A stretch of DNA of 25,602 bases. It comes from a virus. Taxonomy: Duplodnaviria > Caudoviricetes. The stretch covers positions 1-25,602 of the IMG/VR virus record IMGVR_UViG_3300030330_000248. One strand, 5' to 3'. A program made the translations under genes and the position numbers. Below the pieces are notes generated by a model. The model did no database searches. It was given only the letters and a program-made list of their open reading frames with translations, and was not told where the DNA came from. Positions 6,995 to 15,539 of the stretch are shown here, in pieces. Position 1 is the first letter of the stretch, and the number at the start of each line of letters is the position of its first letter.

Positions 6995-8680
6995 ATGAGT
7001 GTTTGTACTCATCACGAGCCCTGTCCCCAGTGTAGGGGGCAGGGTCGTGATACAAAAGGAGACAACCTTGCGATCTATGATGATGGTCACAAGTATTGTT
7101 TCGCATGTGGATATTGGGAAGGAGATAAACCTATGCATGATATAAAACCAGAACCTGTTTATGATGAAGATTGGAAACCTTACAGGGGTGCTTGCCAAGT
7201 TCTCTCTCATCGTGGCATCAAAGAAGATGTTACTAAGAAGTTTGACTATCAATCTGCAAACATGAACGGTAAAGATGTAGAGATTGCTAACTACTACAGA
7301 GATGGAGAGCTGATTGCTCAGAAGTTGCGTGGTCCTGATAAGCAATTTAAATGGGTAGGCAAAGCACATAACCTTCCGTTGTATGGACAATGGCTGTGGC
7401 CATCCAAGGGTGGCAAGAAACTTGTCATTACCGAGGGTGAAGTCGATGCGATGACTGTCTGCCAAATCAATGGCGGCTGGCCTGTAGTCTCATTACCAAC
7501 GGGAGCACAAGGTGCTTTGAAATCTATCAAAGATAACTTGGAGTTTGTTAACTCGTATGATGAAGTTATTCTTATGTTTGATGAGGATGAAGCTGGTCGA
7601 GAGGCAGCAAAGAGAGTAGCTGAGACACTGCCTCCGGGTAAGTGCAAGATTGCTAACCTGCCATTCAACGACCCAAACGATTGCCTGCTTGCAGGTAAGA
7701 GTAAAGAAGTTATGACTGCTATGTGGAATGCACAGCACTATAGCCCAGATGAAATCTTGCACATCTCTAATATTAATCTTAATGAAGATACAGAACAGAG
7801 TGTGTTCTCTTATCCTTGGGGTAACATGAACAAGTTCTTGATTGGTCAAAGATCAGGAGAGATTACTCTTTGGACATCGGGTACTGGCTCAGGTAAGTCT
7901 ACTATCATTCGTGAAATCATTTGGGATCATCTCAAGCGAGGACGCAAGTGCGGTGCTATCATGCTAGAAGAATCACCCAAAGAAACTATAGAAGATATTA
8001 TCTCTTTGATTATCAACAAGCCTGTTCGATCTATCCGTGCAGAACGATTGATGCATAAGCTGATGGAAGAAGAGGGTCAGAATGTTCTGTCAACAAATGA
8101 GATTGACACATTCAATGATGCAGAGTATCATGATGCCTTGGGTAAACTAAGCAAGACTGGATTCTATATCTATGACCACCTTGGTAACAATGGTGTAGAG
8201 AATCTTGTGCAACGCCTAGAGTTCATGGCTGTATCTCTTGGCATTGAGGTTATTGTTCTTGACCACATTACTGCTGCCGCTACTGGTATGCTTGGGTCTA
8301 TGAATGATAACGAACGACTGTTGATTGACAGTCTTATGAAAGAGTTGCGATCACTTGTGTCACGCACTGGTGTACACATTCATATCGTATCTCAGCTTGT
8401 CAAGAATGGCAAGGCATTTGAAGAAGGCGAACGTATTACCATGCAGGATCTTAGAGGCTCAGGCTCTCTTGCTTCTGTACCCAATACTGTTATCGCATTG
8501 GAGCGTAACCGACAAGACCCAGACGAGGTGGTCAAGAATACAACTACAGTTCGTGTTCTGAAGAACCGCCTAACTGGTAAGTGTGGTATAGCTTCAGCTC
8601 TCTACTACAATCACAACTGCGGTAGACTGGAGGAAGTCGAGTATCAGGAATCTGATGCAGGCAATGTAACGTTTAACTAA
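6995..8680 (+). CDS. DNA primase-helicase (T7 gp4-like)
   Basis: N-terminal CPQC...CFAC zinc finger, TOPRIM motifs ITEGEVDA and FDEDEAG, Walker A SGTGSGKST, VLDHIT, DLRGSGS, VLKNRLTG. Confidence 0.96.
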   Translation: MSVCTHHEPCPQCRGQGRDTKGDNLAIYDDGHKYCFACGYWEGDKPMHDIKPEPVYDEDWKPYRGACQVLSHRGIKEDVTKKFDYQSANMNGKDVEIANYYRDGELIAQKLRGPDKQFKWVGKAHNLPLYGQWLWPSKGGKKLVITEGEVDAMTVCQINGGWPVVSLPTGAQGALKSIKDNLEFVNSYDEVILMFDEDEAGREAAKRVAETLPPGKCKIANLPFNDPNDCLLAGKSKEVMTAMWNAQHYSPDEILHISNINLNEDTEQSVFSYPWGNMNKFLIGQRSGEITLWTSGTGSGKSTIIREIIWDHLKRGRKCGAIMLEESPKETIEDIISLIINKPVRSIRAERLMHKLMEEEGQNVLSTNEIDTFNDAEYHDALGKLSKTGFYIYDHLGNNGVENLVQRLEFMAVSLGIEVIVLDHITAAATGMLGSMNDNERLLIDSLMKELRSLVSRTGVHIHIVSQLVKNGKAFEEGERITMQDLRGSGSLASVPNTVIALERNRQDPDEVVKNTTTVRVLKNRLTGKCGIASALYYNHNCGRLEEVEYQESDAGNVTFN

Positions 8681-8696
8681 TAGGAGGAAGAGTCTC

Positions 8697-10388
8697 ATGA
8701 ACCGACTCGTACTAGACATTGAAGCCAACGGCTTAAACGAAATTAATTTAAATACAAAAGGCGATGTAATACCTGAGGTAACTCAGGTTCATTGCCTTGT
8801 TATCAAGGACGTAGATACAAATGAAATTAAAACTTATACTGGTATGGATATTAGATCTGGTGTTGATGTGTTGCGCAATGCCGACTGTCTTATTGGCCAT
8901 AACATTACGATATATGACATTCCTGTGCTCGAAAGGTTCTACGGTCCTATTCACACTGAGCAACAAGATACTCTCGTTATCTCCCGAATGATGTACCCTG
9001 AGCGTAGTGATCATCCTCTGGGTGGTAACTCGCTTCAGTGTTGGGGGCAACATCTTGGCTGTCATAAACAAGACTATCAAGGTGGCTGGGAAGAATACTC
9101 AGATGAAATGCTAGAGTATTGTATTCAAGACGTAGAAGTTTCCCATAAAATTTGGGCAGCACAACAGGAGTTTATTAATGCAAATTCCAAATCTGTTTGG
9201 CTTGAGCAGCAAGTTACAAGAATTATTGCTAATCAAATTGCTAACGGCTTTTGCTTTGACATTGATGCTGCATACGATTTGGAAGAAGAGTTGCAGTACA
9301 ATAAGATTTCTATTGAAGATGAAATGAGACAATCATTTCCACCTATTACTGAAGAACGTTGGTCCGAGAAAACAGGACGGCGACTTAAAGATAAGGTAAC
9401 AGTCTTCAACCCGGGTTCCCGCAAACAGATTGCGGAGCGGCTTAGTGCCAAGTATGGTTGGGTTCCCCCATTGACCGACAAGGGTAATCCAAAGGTTGAC
9501 GAAGCTGTGCTTAGAGAACTCAAGTATCCAGAAGCTCAGGTACTTATCAAGTACTTTGATACTATCAAGCTACAGGGTCAAGTATCTGACTGGATTAAAC
9601 GGGCTTACCATAGCCGTGATGGTAAGATTCACGGCATGGTAAACCCACAGGGTACGGTGACTGGTCGTATGACTGCATCGCAACCAAACCTGCAACAGGT
9701 ATCAGGAGACAAAAGAGCACGAGCATTATTCAAACCTTCCGCTGGTAATGTACAAGTCGGTATTGATGCTAGTGGTCTTGAAGCACGCATGCTTGCATCC
9801 CGTATGGCTAAGTATGATAAGGGAGCGTATGCGAAGATTATCTTAGAGGGAGACATTCACTCTGAGAATCAACATGCTGCTGGATTACCAACAAGAAACG
9901 ATGCTAAGACTTTCTTCTATGGTTTCTTGTATGGTGCTGGCAATGTAAAGATTGGCAAGATTATTGGCAAGAATGCTAATGCTGGTGCTGCTCTTAAGAA
10001 AAAGTTCTTGACTCGTCTGCCAGCTTTAAAGAAAGTTATTGATGATGTCAAGGCACATGTAGATCGTACTGGTAAAGTTAAACTGCTTGACGGCAGGCTT
10101 GTACCGTGTAGGTCACAACACGCTGCACTTAATGTGCAACTGCAAGGTGATGGTGCTATTGTTATGAAGGTAGCACAAGTTCTTCTTGAACGTAAGATCA
10201 AGGACATGCCTGTTAAGTTTATGGCTACAGTGCATGATGAGTGGCAGCTTGAATGTCCAGAAGATATTGCAGAAGAAGTAGGAAAGCTTGGTGTACAGGC
10301 TCTACTAGAGGCAGGTGAAAAATTAGATTGTAAGATGCCCATTGATGGTGAGTATCAAATCGGAAAGGACTGGTCAGAATGTCACTGA
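8697..10388 (+). CDS. Family A DNA polymerase with 3'-5' exonuclease (T7 gp5-like), 563 aa
   Basis: Exonuclease motifs LDIEANGL, GHN..YD, YCIQDV. Polymerase motifs TVTGRM, DASGLEARML (A), RNDAKTFFYGFLYGAG (B), TVHDEWQ (C). Confidence 0.97.
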   Translation: MNRLVLDIEANGLNEINLNTKGDVIPEVTQVHCLVIKDVDTNEIKTYTGMDIRSGVDVLRNADCLIGHNITIYDIPVLERFYGPIHTEQQDTLVISRMMYPERSDHPLGGNSLQCWGQHLGCHKQDYQGGWEEYSDEMLEYCIQDVEVSHKIWAAQQEFINANSKSVWLEQQVTRIIANQIANGFCFDIDAAYDLEEELQYNKISIEDEMRQSFPPITEERWSEKTGRRLKDKVTVFNPGSRKQIAERLSAKYGWVPPLTDKGNPKVDEAVLRELKYPEAQVLIKYFDTIKLQGQVSDWIKRAYHSRDGKIHGMVNPQGTVTGRMTASQPNLQQVSGDKRARALFKPSAGNVQVGIDASGLEARMLASRMAKYDKGAYAKIILEGDIHSENQHAAGLPTRNDAKTFFYGFLYGAGNVKIGKIIGKNANAGAALKKKFLTRLPALKKVIDDVKAHVDRTGKVKLLDGRLVPCRSQHAALNVQLQGDGAIVMKVAQVLLERKIKDMPVKFMATVHDEWQLECPEDIAEEVGKLGVQALLEAGEKLDCKMPIDGEYQIGKDWSECH

Positions 10389-10960
10389 TTAGTGTAGACT
10401 TTTATGAATTCAAAAACGATCCAGTTGCTAACATGGTATGGCTTACAACTAAGCCTTTGTTTACAAAGACACCGTATCAAATTACTCATTGCAATCTTGT
10501 ATTAGAGTTTGGTGGCAACAAATATACTGTTGTAACTAGTGATAAGTTTTCAGCTAGAGTATGTGATAGAGATAAATTTAATGAGTTGTATGAGCCACCT
10601 GTGTACAGTCATGTATTTGGTGAAACTAATCTTACTTACAGTACACTGTGTAAACTAGTCACTGGTTATCAGGGTAGTATTTTAGAAACTGCATGGTGGC
10701 GATTGACTGGCTACTATTTAGGATGGAAGCCAAGATTGTGTACAATTCTTGCACAAGAAATTTTACGAAGCAGTGGATATATGGTAAAATATAATCATAA
10801 ACCTATTGAGTTTTACAAGGAGTTGAAGAATGAAAACTATTATGTTCTCAGGCAAAGCAAGGGTTGGGAAGACCCACGCTGCGAATCTGATTGCAGAGCT
10901 CGCATTTGCGGACGGTCTGAGGCCAGTATTTCTGCCCTTCGCCAAGCCTATCAAAGATAG
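10379..10960 (+). CDS. Hypothetical protein, possibly a permuted papain-like (NlpC/P60) fold
   Basis: AAGGA RBS. N-proximal ITHCNLVL and C-proximal LCTILAQEILRSSG. Confidence 0.55.
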   Translation: MSLISVDFYEFKNDPVANMVWLTTKPLFTKTPYQITHCNLVLEFGGNKYTVVTSDKFSARVCDRDKFNELYEPPVYSHVFGETNLTYSTLCKLVTGYQGSILETAWWRLTGYYLGWKPRLCTILAQEILRSSGYMVKYNHKPIEFYKELKNENYYVLRQSKGWEDPRCESDCRARICGRSEASISALRQAYQR

Positions 10961-11501
10961 GGCAAAGGCTGAAGGTTATACTAAAGAAGATAATCCTCAA
11001 GAGTATAGATCTTATTGTCAACTAATGGGAGAAACTGCTAGAGAAATAGATCCTGATCACTGGATTAAAGCTTGGCAGACAGAGTTTGAATCTTTTCAAG
11101 ATAGAGAATTTAATCTTATTAAACAAGATAAGAAACACTGGGAGCATCTTATTATTGTAGATGACTGTCGATATTTAAATGAGATTGCATTATGTAAAGA
11201 GATTGATGCACATCTTTGTTTTGTAGCACACGGTCCTCGAGAACTAGAGGATCATCATGGAGATTGGAGAAATCATGAGTCTGAAGAATGGGCTAATGAA
11301 GTTGAGAAGAATGGTCAAGATTACGATGTGGAACATTGGATCGAAAATTATAATGGCATCAAGACGTATGAAAGGATGATCAAGGAAGTTTACTATCAGG
11401 TCAGTAAGGCTGAGGCTTTCTCTATTGCTAATATGAAAAAGAATATTAAGAAGTTAATGGATTTATTAGACGATGAAGAAACCAAAGACAGCAGTAATTG
11501 A
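10830..11501 (+). CDS. Deoxynucleoside monophosphate kinase-like P-loop protein
   Basis: SGKARVGKT P-loop, FAKPIK, QLMGETAR..DPDHWI, IVDDCRYLNE. AAGGAG RBS. Confidence 0.85.
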   Translation: MKTIMFSGKARVGKTHAANLIAELAFADGLRPVFLPFAKPIKDRAKAEGYTKEDNPQEYRSYCQLMGETAREIDPDHWIKAWQTEFESFQDREFNLIKQDKKHWEHLIIVDDCRYLNEIALCKEIDAHLCFVAHGPRELEDHHGDWRNHESEEWANEVEKNGQDYDVEHWIENYNGIKTYERMIKEVYYQVSKAEAFSIANMKKNIKKLMDLLDDEETKDSSN

Positions 11502-12240
11502 TGGTGATATCCTAATATATCGTGCCTCATTCTGGGCAGATGTAGAGGGTATTGACGAGCTTCCTGTGCGTCTTAAGCATGATGTAAAGCGATGGACACC
11601 ACGGGGCTGCAAGCCTATTGTAGCCCTGTCTTGTCCCCGCAAACAGAACTTTAGGCGTAGGGTTTGGTCTGAGTACAAAGCTCACCGTGATGATACTAAT
11701 CAGCCTGATTGTATTAATTATGCAGTTGAAATTATAGTTGATGACTTTGATATTGTTAAGTATCCCCAGCTTGAGGCTGATGATATTATGGGTATTGAAG
11801 CATCGTCTGGTAATGCTATCGCTGTAACTATTGATAAAGACTTACGTTGTGTCCCCGGCTGGCACTGGAATCCTGATAAAGAAAAGAAACCTATCTGTGT
11901 ATCCGAAGAGGAAGCAGATAGGTTTTTTTATGAGCAGTGGATGACTGGAGATATGACCGATAATATTCCGGGTCTGTGGAAAGTAGGTCCCAAGAAGGCT
12001 CAAAGGTTCTTAGATAATACTCCACAAGAAGATTGGGTAAAAGAGATCCTAGAAATGTATCGTGTCGAAGAGAGGCCAGAACATAGGGGTCGAGCAGGTT
12101 TAGATCCTATAAGATTTGGTAAGGCTATGGCTTGGTGTGTTAGAATCCTTCGTCATGAAGAATATGATAAGTCTAGTCAGCTCATAAACTTATGGAACTT
12201 TGGGTATAAAGGAGATAAGAATGCATTCCAAATGTTCTAA
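11473..12240 (+). CDS. 5'-3' exonuclease (T7 gp6-like)
   Basis: IDGDILIY, YKAHR, LEADDIMG, TIDKDL, GDMTDNIPG..VGPKKA. Confidence 0.93.
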   Translation: MKKPKTAVIDGDILIYRASFWADVEGIDELPVRLKHDVKRWTPRGCKPIVALSCPRKQNFRRRVWSEYKAHRDDTNQPDCINYAVEIIVDDFDIVKYPQLEADDIMGIEASSGNAIAVTIDKDLRCVPGWHWNPDKEKKPICVSEEEADRFFYEQWMTGDMTDNIPGLWKVGPKKAQRFLDNTPQEDWVKEILEMYRVEERPEHRGRAGLDPIRFGKAMAWCVRILRHEEYDKSSQLINLWNFGYKGDKNAFQMF

Positions 12241-12319
12241 CTGTGGTTCAAGTAATATGGTTCAAGCGGGTGTGTGTACTGTATGTACTAATTGCGGATC
12301 AACTAGTGGTTGTTCGTAA
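12221..12319 (+). CDS. 32-aa zinc-ribbon peptide (MHSKCSNCGSSNMVQAGVCTVCTNCGSTSGCS); not in the ORF track
   Basis: AAGGAG at 12209-12214, ATG 12221, TAA 12317-12319. Six Cys arranged as CxxCG...GxCxxCxxCGxTSGCS. Confidence 0.75.
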   Translation: MHSKCSNCGSSNMVQAGVCTVCTNCGSTSGCS

Positions 12320-12347
12320 TATATTTTAAAAATAATGGAGAATATAC

Positions 12348-12560
12348 ATGCCTTATGTAAAAGAAACAATCCTCAACAAAGCCCAGAAAGCCGTGGCATT
12401 ATCACCGGCTGAACTATCTATTGTTTTAGGACACATGCTTGAAAAGATTGAGGAGTTAGAAAATGAAGTCAAAGAGCTTTCCAAGAATCGACAACCTCGT
12501 GCCAAAGCTGCTAAACGAAATGTACCCACCACTGGAGTATCAGGAGAAAGTGACTCGTGA
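12348..12560 (+). CDS. Hypothetical protein with a short coiled coil
   Basis: GGAG RBS; LEKIEELENEVKEL heptad pattern. Confidence 0.6.
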   Translation: MPYVKETILNKAQKAVALSPAELSIVLGHMLEKIEELENEVKELSKNRQPRAKAAKRNVPTTGVSGESDS

Positions 12561-12645
12561 AGAGTGGGCTTTTCGTGGCGGTCAACGAGATATTATTAGA
12601 AAATTAGAAACAATTATTAAACAGCAAGAGAAAGGGGGCCGATGA
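12463..12645 (+). CDS. Small conserved podovirus protein (gp6.5-like position)
   Basis: GAGGAG RBS. LNEMYP...FRGGQRDIIRKL pattern recalled from small pre-portal podovirus genes. Its stop overlaps the next start (ATGA). Confidence 0.6.
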   Translation: MKSKSFPRIDNLVPKLLNEMYPPLEYQEKVTREEWAFRGGQRDIIRKLETIIKQQEKGGR

Positions 12646-13256
12646 TGCCACATTCACCATTTCACAGGGAAACTCCAGAGGAAATTCAACTAAGACGAGA
12701 AGCAGAAAGACGAGCTGCAATGGAAGAGGGTGGATACGGTAGCGGTAGATTTTCTCGGGCATTGTATGGAAAAGAAACAGGTTCACCACAAAGAGGTGGT
12801 GGTCCTTTTTCTGGAATGTTTTCACCTCAAATAGATAAAACTGTGGAAGGTCTTAAGAATAGAGGCTTCTCTGATAGAGAAATCCAAAAATTATTTGCTG
12901 ATATGGATAAAGATCCTGAAGAATATGGTATTAAAGACCAAAAAATATTTGCTAATGAGAATGAATTACATAGATATGTAATGGCATATGTTGATGAATC
13001 TAGTCAACTATATCAACAAACTTTAGATACTGAACGAGAAATGAAAAGGGAGGAAGCAGATGCTAGACTTCAGCGAGAATTTGACAAGGCGGTTTCTGAA
13101 GCTGCTAGACCTACTGAAGAAGAAGCTGGGTTGGTAGCAGAGCGTCGTAGAATGCAAGCAAAGAGTCAAGAGTATGTTGGCAGTAAGGGTGGAGTATCTA
13201 TGCAACAGGCTCGCAAAGGCGGTTCTGTTATGATTCCACAAAGGAGGCCAATGTGA
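12642..13256 (+). CDS. Hypothetical charged/helical protein, likely virion-associated
   Basis: Translationally coupled, E/R-rich, in the pre-portal block. Confidence 0.65.
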   Translation: MMPHSPFHRETPEEIQLRREAERRAAMEEGGYGSGRFSRALYGKETGSPQRGGGPFSGMFSPQIDKTVEGLKNRGFSDREIQKLFADMDKDPEEYGIKDQKIFANENELHRYVMAYVDESSQLYQQTLDTEREMKREEADARLQREFDKAVSEAARPTEEEAGLVAERRRMQAKSQEYVGSKGGVSMQQARKGGSVMIPQRRPM

Positions 13257-13609
13257 TTTTTACTAATAGAGGAAAGACTACTGGATTAATTTTCGGTAGA
13301 AGTAAAAGAAGAAGAGCAAGAAGACAGGCAAGAAGAGATGCTGCTTTTGCTAAGTTTAGAGCTGGACTTTCTGAAAAATTTAATAAACAATTTATGGCAT
13401 CGCAAGAACGTCGTAGACAGTTTATGATGGGTGGCGTTGTTGCTAGCTACAGACAAGGACAGACTGAAGCTGATAAAGCTGACTTTGATATTAAGTCTCG
13501 TCAAGCTGCTGCAGATAGACTTGCTGAACAAATGTTAACAGAATCAAGAGAGTCTTATAGACCTCGTAAACAATCATTAGGCATGCTGCGTGTGCCAAGG
13601 AGGATGTAA
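13253..13609 (+). CDS. Hypothetical Arg-rich protein (GTG start), likely virion-associated
   Basis: GGAGG RBS and GTGA overlap with the previous stop. Confidence 0.65.
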   Translation: MIFTNRGKTTGLIFGRSKRRRARRQARRDAAFAKFRAGLSEKFNKQFMASQERRRQFMMGGVVASYRQGQTEADKADFDIKSRQAAADRLAEQMLTESRESYRPRKQSLGMLRVPRRM

Positions 13610-13611
13610 GA

Positions 13612-13944
13612 ATGGGTATGGGAGCAAGCTATGATCCGTCTGCTATGCAGGCACAGACACAGGCTAATTTAGAAAGAGAAAGACAATATCGAAAACAAGA
13701 GGCAGAGTCTGCTCGTAATGCTAGATTAGAAGAAGAAAAGTTAAGATTATCTTTAGAGCGTGCTGCTCGTGAAGAACAGTATGCAGCCATGCAGGCAGAG
13801 AAAGAAGAGATTGAAGAAAAGGAAGAAGAAGCTATTCAAGAACAGGTTGCTCAGAATACTGCAATGGATAATGTTATGGGTTTCTTTTCAGAACGACCGG
13901 GGGTACAGATTAATAAACTCGGAGAAGGTGATAGGCCAACATGA
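13612..13944 (+). CDS. Small helical pre-portal protein (gp6.7/gp7.3-like position)
   Basis: AGGAGG RBS, MGMG N-terminus, E/Q/R-rich coiled coil, directly upstream of portal. Confidence 0.65.
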   Translation: MGMGASYDPSAMQAQTQANLERERQYRKQEAESARNARLEEEKLRLSLERAAREEQYAAMQAEKEEIEEKEEEAIQEQVAQNTAMDNVMGFFSERPGVQINKLGEGDRPT

Positions 13945-15518
13945 GTATTAAAGAACGGTTTCGTGAGCTAGATAGTAGACGTATCCGAAAACTGGAGCGA
14001 TCAAGATATGTAGCATCCTTAACTGTTCCTTCTGTCTTACCACCTGCTGGCTGGACTAATGAAGAACAGTTGCCTCAACCATTTAGTTCTGTCTCTGCCC
14101 GTGGTGTAGTAGGTATGGCATCTAGAATGCTTTCTGCTATGCTTCCTGTTAATGATACACCATTTTTTAAATTCAGTTTAAGACCGGGTACAGAGCCTGA
14201 TCCTGAAGTTAACAGCTATCTTGAGGCTATGAGTACTCAAGTTTATCGTAAGATTAATTCTAAAAATCTTAGAGAAAGTATCTACCAAGCCCTGCAACAT
14301 CTTATTGTTGTTGGAGATTCACTTGTTATTATGGAAGATGATTTTTCTTTTAGAGTTATTCGATTTGATCATTTCGTGATGAGGAGGGAAGTTAACGGAG
14401 AGCCAAAGGAAATTATTTATCTTGAGTTTGTAGCACGCAGTAATGACGAGGCTATTGAAGATAACTTTAGATCTCAATATAGTGCTGACTATGCCTCTGA
14501 AGGTTATGATGTTGTATACAATAGATTAACTAAGGAGGAAGATGACAATGAGTGGTTTGTCGAACGTGAGCAGGACGAGAAGATCATTGAAACTGGTTCG
14601 TACAAAGTGTTTCCTATTATCCCTTTGCGTTGGGTTTCTGTTGCTGGTGAAAATTATGGAAGATCCCATTGCGAAGATATCGCAGGTGATATCCAATCCT
14701 TAGAGTCATTTACTGAGGCTTCACAAGAAGGTATGGCTGCTGCCTCTACATTCTGGATGGGTGTAGATCCTGCAGGTATTACTGAGATTGATGATCTTGC
14801 GGGTCAAGCTAATGGCTCTTGGGTATCTGCTAGGCAGCAAGATGTTATCGCTTTGTCTCCTGCACAAACATTGAATCCACAAATTCAGGCTACATTCCAA
14901 GCTGTAGAAACTATGCGTAGAGAGGTTGGTCAAGCATTCTTACTTGACTCAGCTGCTATTCCTAGCGGTGACAGAGTTACTGCTACTGCTGTCCGAAGAA
15001 TTGGACAAGAGCTTGAGACTGTATTAGGTGGAGCATTTAGTTCTATTGCACGGGAGTTGTTTGTTCCTATTGTAGAACGAGCCGTCTTCTTGATGTTAGA
15101 AGAAGGTGAGATTGACCAACGATTACAAGATCAGTTCTTTGAAGATGGTGCATTAAAAGTAGAAATTATTACTGGACTGCAAGCTCTAAGTCGAGATACA
15201 GATCTTATGAAGCTTATGCAAATGGGTGAGATGATGCGTAACTTGCCAGCAGAAGCCATGCAAACATTTAAGTTTGAAGAGTATGGTCGTGCATTGATTA
15301 CCGCCCTTGGCTTTGATGCTAATAACTGGGTGCGTACTGACGAAGATATCAAGGCTGAGAAGGCTGAGCAACAACGTGAAATGTTAAATGCTCAACAACA
15401 GATGTCTACTAATCAAGCTATTACTCAAGGCGTATCACAGGCTGCAATGATGGATCTTCAACAGACAGGTGGTCAAGGTATTCAACAGGCTATGCAAGGA
15501 ATGCAACCGCCGGGGTAA
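13941..15518 (+). CDS. Portal / head-tail connector (T7 gp8-like)
   Basis: LTVPSVLP, ARGV..MASRMLSAMLP...FF, PLRW...GENYGRSHCE, RVTATAVR..ELE..LGG.FS, IITGLQALSR. Confidence 0.95.
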   Translation: MSIKERFRELDSRRIRKLERSRYVASLTVPSVLPPAGWTNEEQLPQPFSSVSARGVVGMASRMLSAMLPVNDTPFFKFSLRPGTEPDPEVNSYLEAMSTQVYRKINSKNLRESIYQALQHLIVVGDSLVIMEDDFSFRVIRFDHFVMRREVNGEPKEIIYLEFVARSNDEAIEDNFRSQYSADYASEGYDVVYNRLTKEEDDNEWFVEREQDEKIIETGSYKVFPIIPLRWVSVAGENYGRSHCEDIAGDIQSLESFTEASQEGMAAASTFWMGVDPAGITEIDDLAGQANGSWVSARQQDVIALSPAQTLNPQIQATFQAVETMRREVGQAFLLDSAAIPSGDRVTATAVRRIGQELETVLGGAFSSIARELFVPIVERAVFLMLEEGEIDQRLQDQFFEDGALKVEIITGLQALSRDTDLMKLMQMGEMMRNLPAEAMQTFKFEEYGRALITALGFDANNWVRTDEDIKAEKAEQQREMLNAQQQMSTNQAITQGVSQAAMMDLQQTGGQGIQQAMQGMQPPG

Positions 15519-15539
15519 TTTAAATGAGGGGGCAAGGGC

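Noticed and set aside
961-15518. Introns, inteins or stop-codon recoding in core genes
   Set aside because: RNAP, primase-helicase, DNA polymerase and portal are uninterrupted and of normal or compact length under the standard code. Neither tRNA is a suppressor: anticodon UAA reads UUA (Leu).
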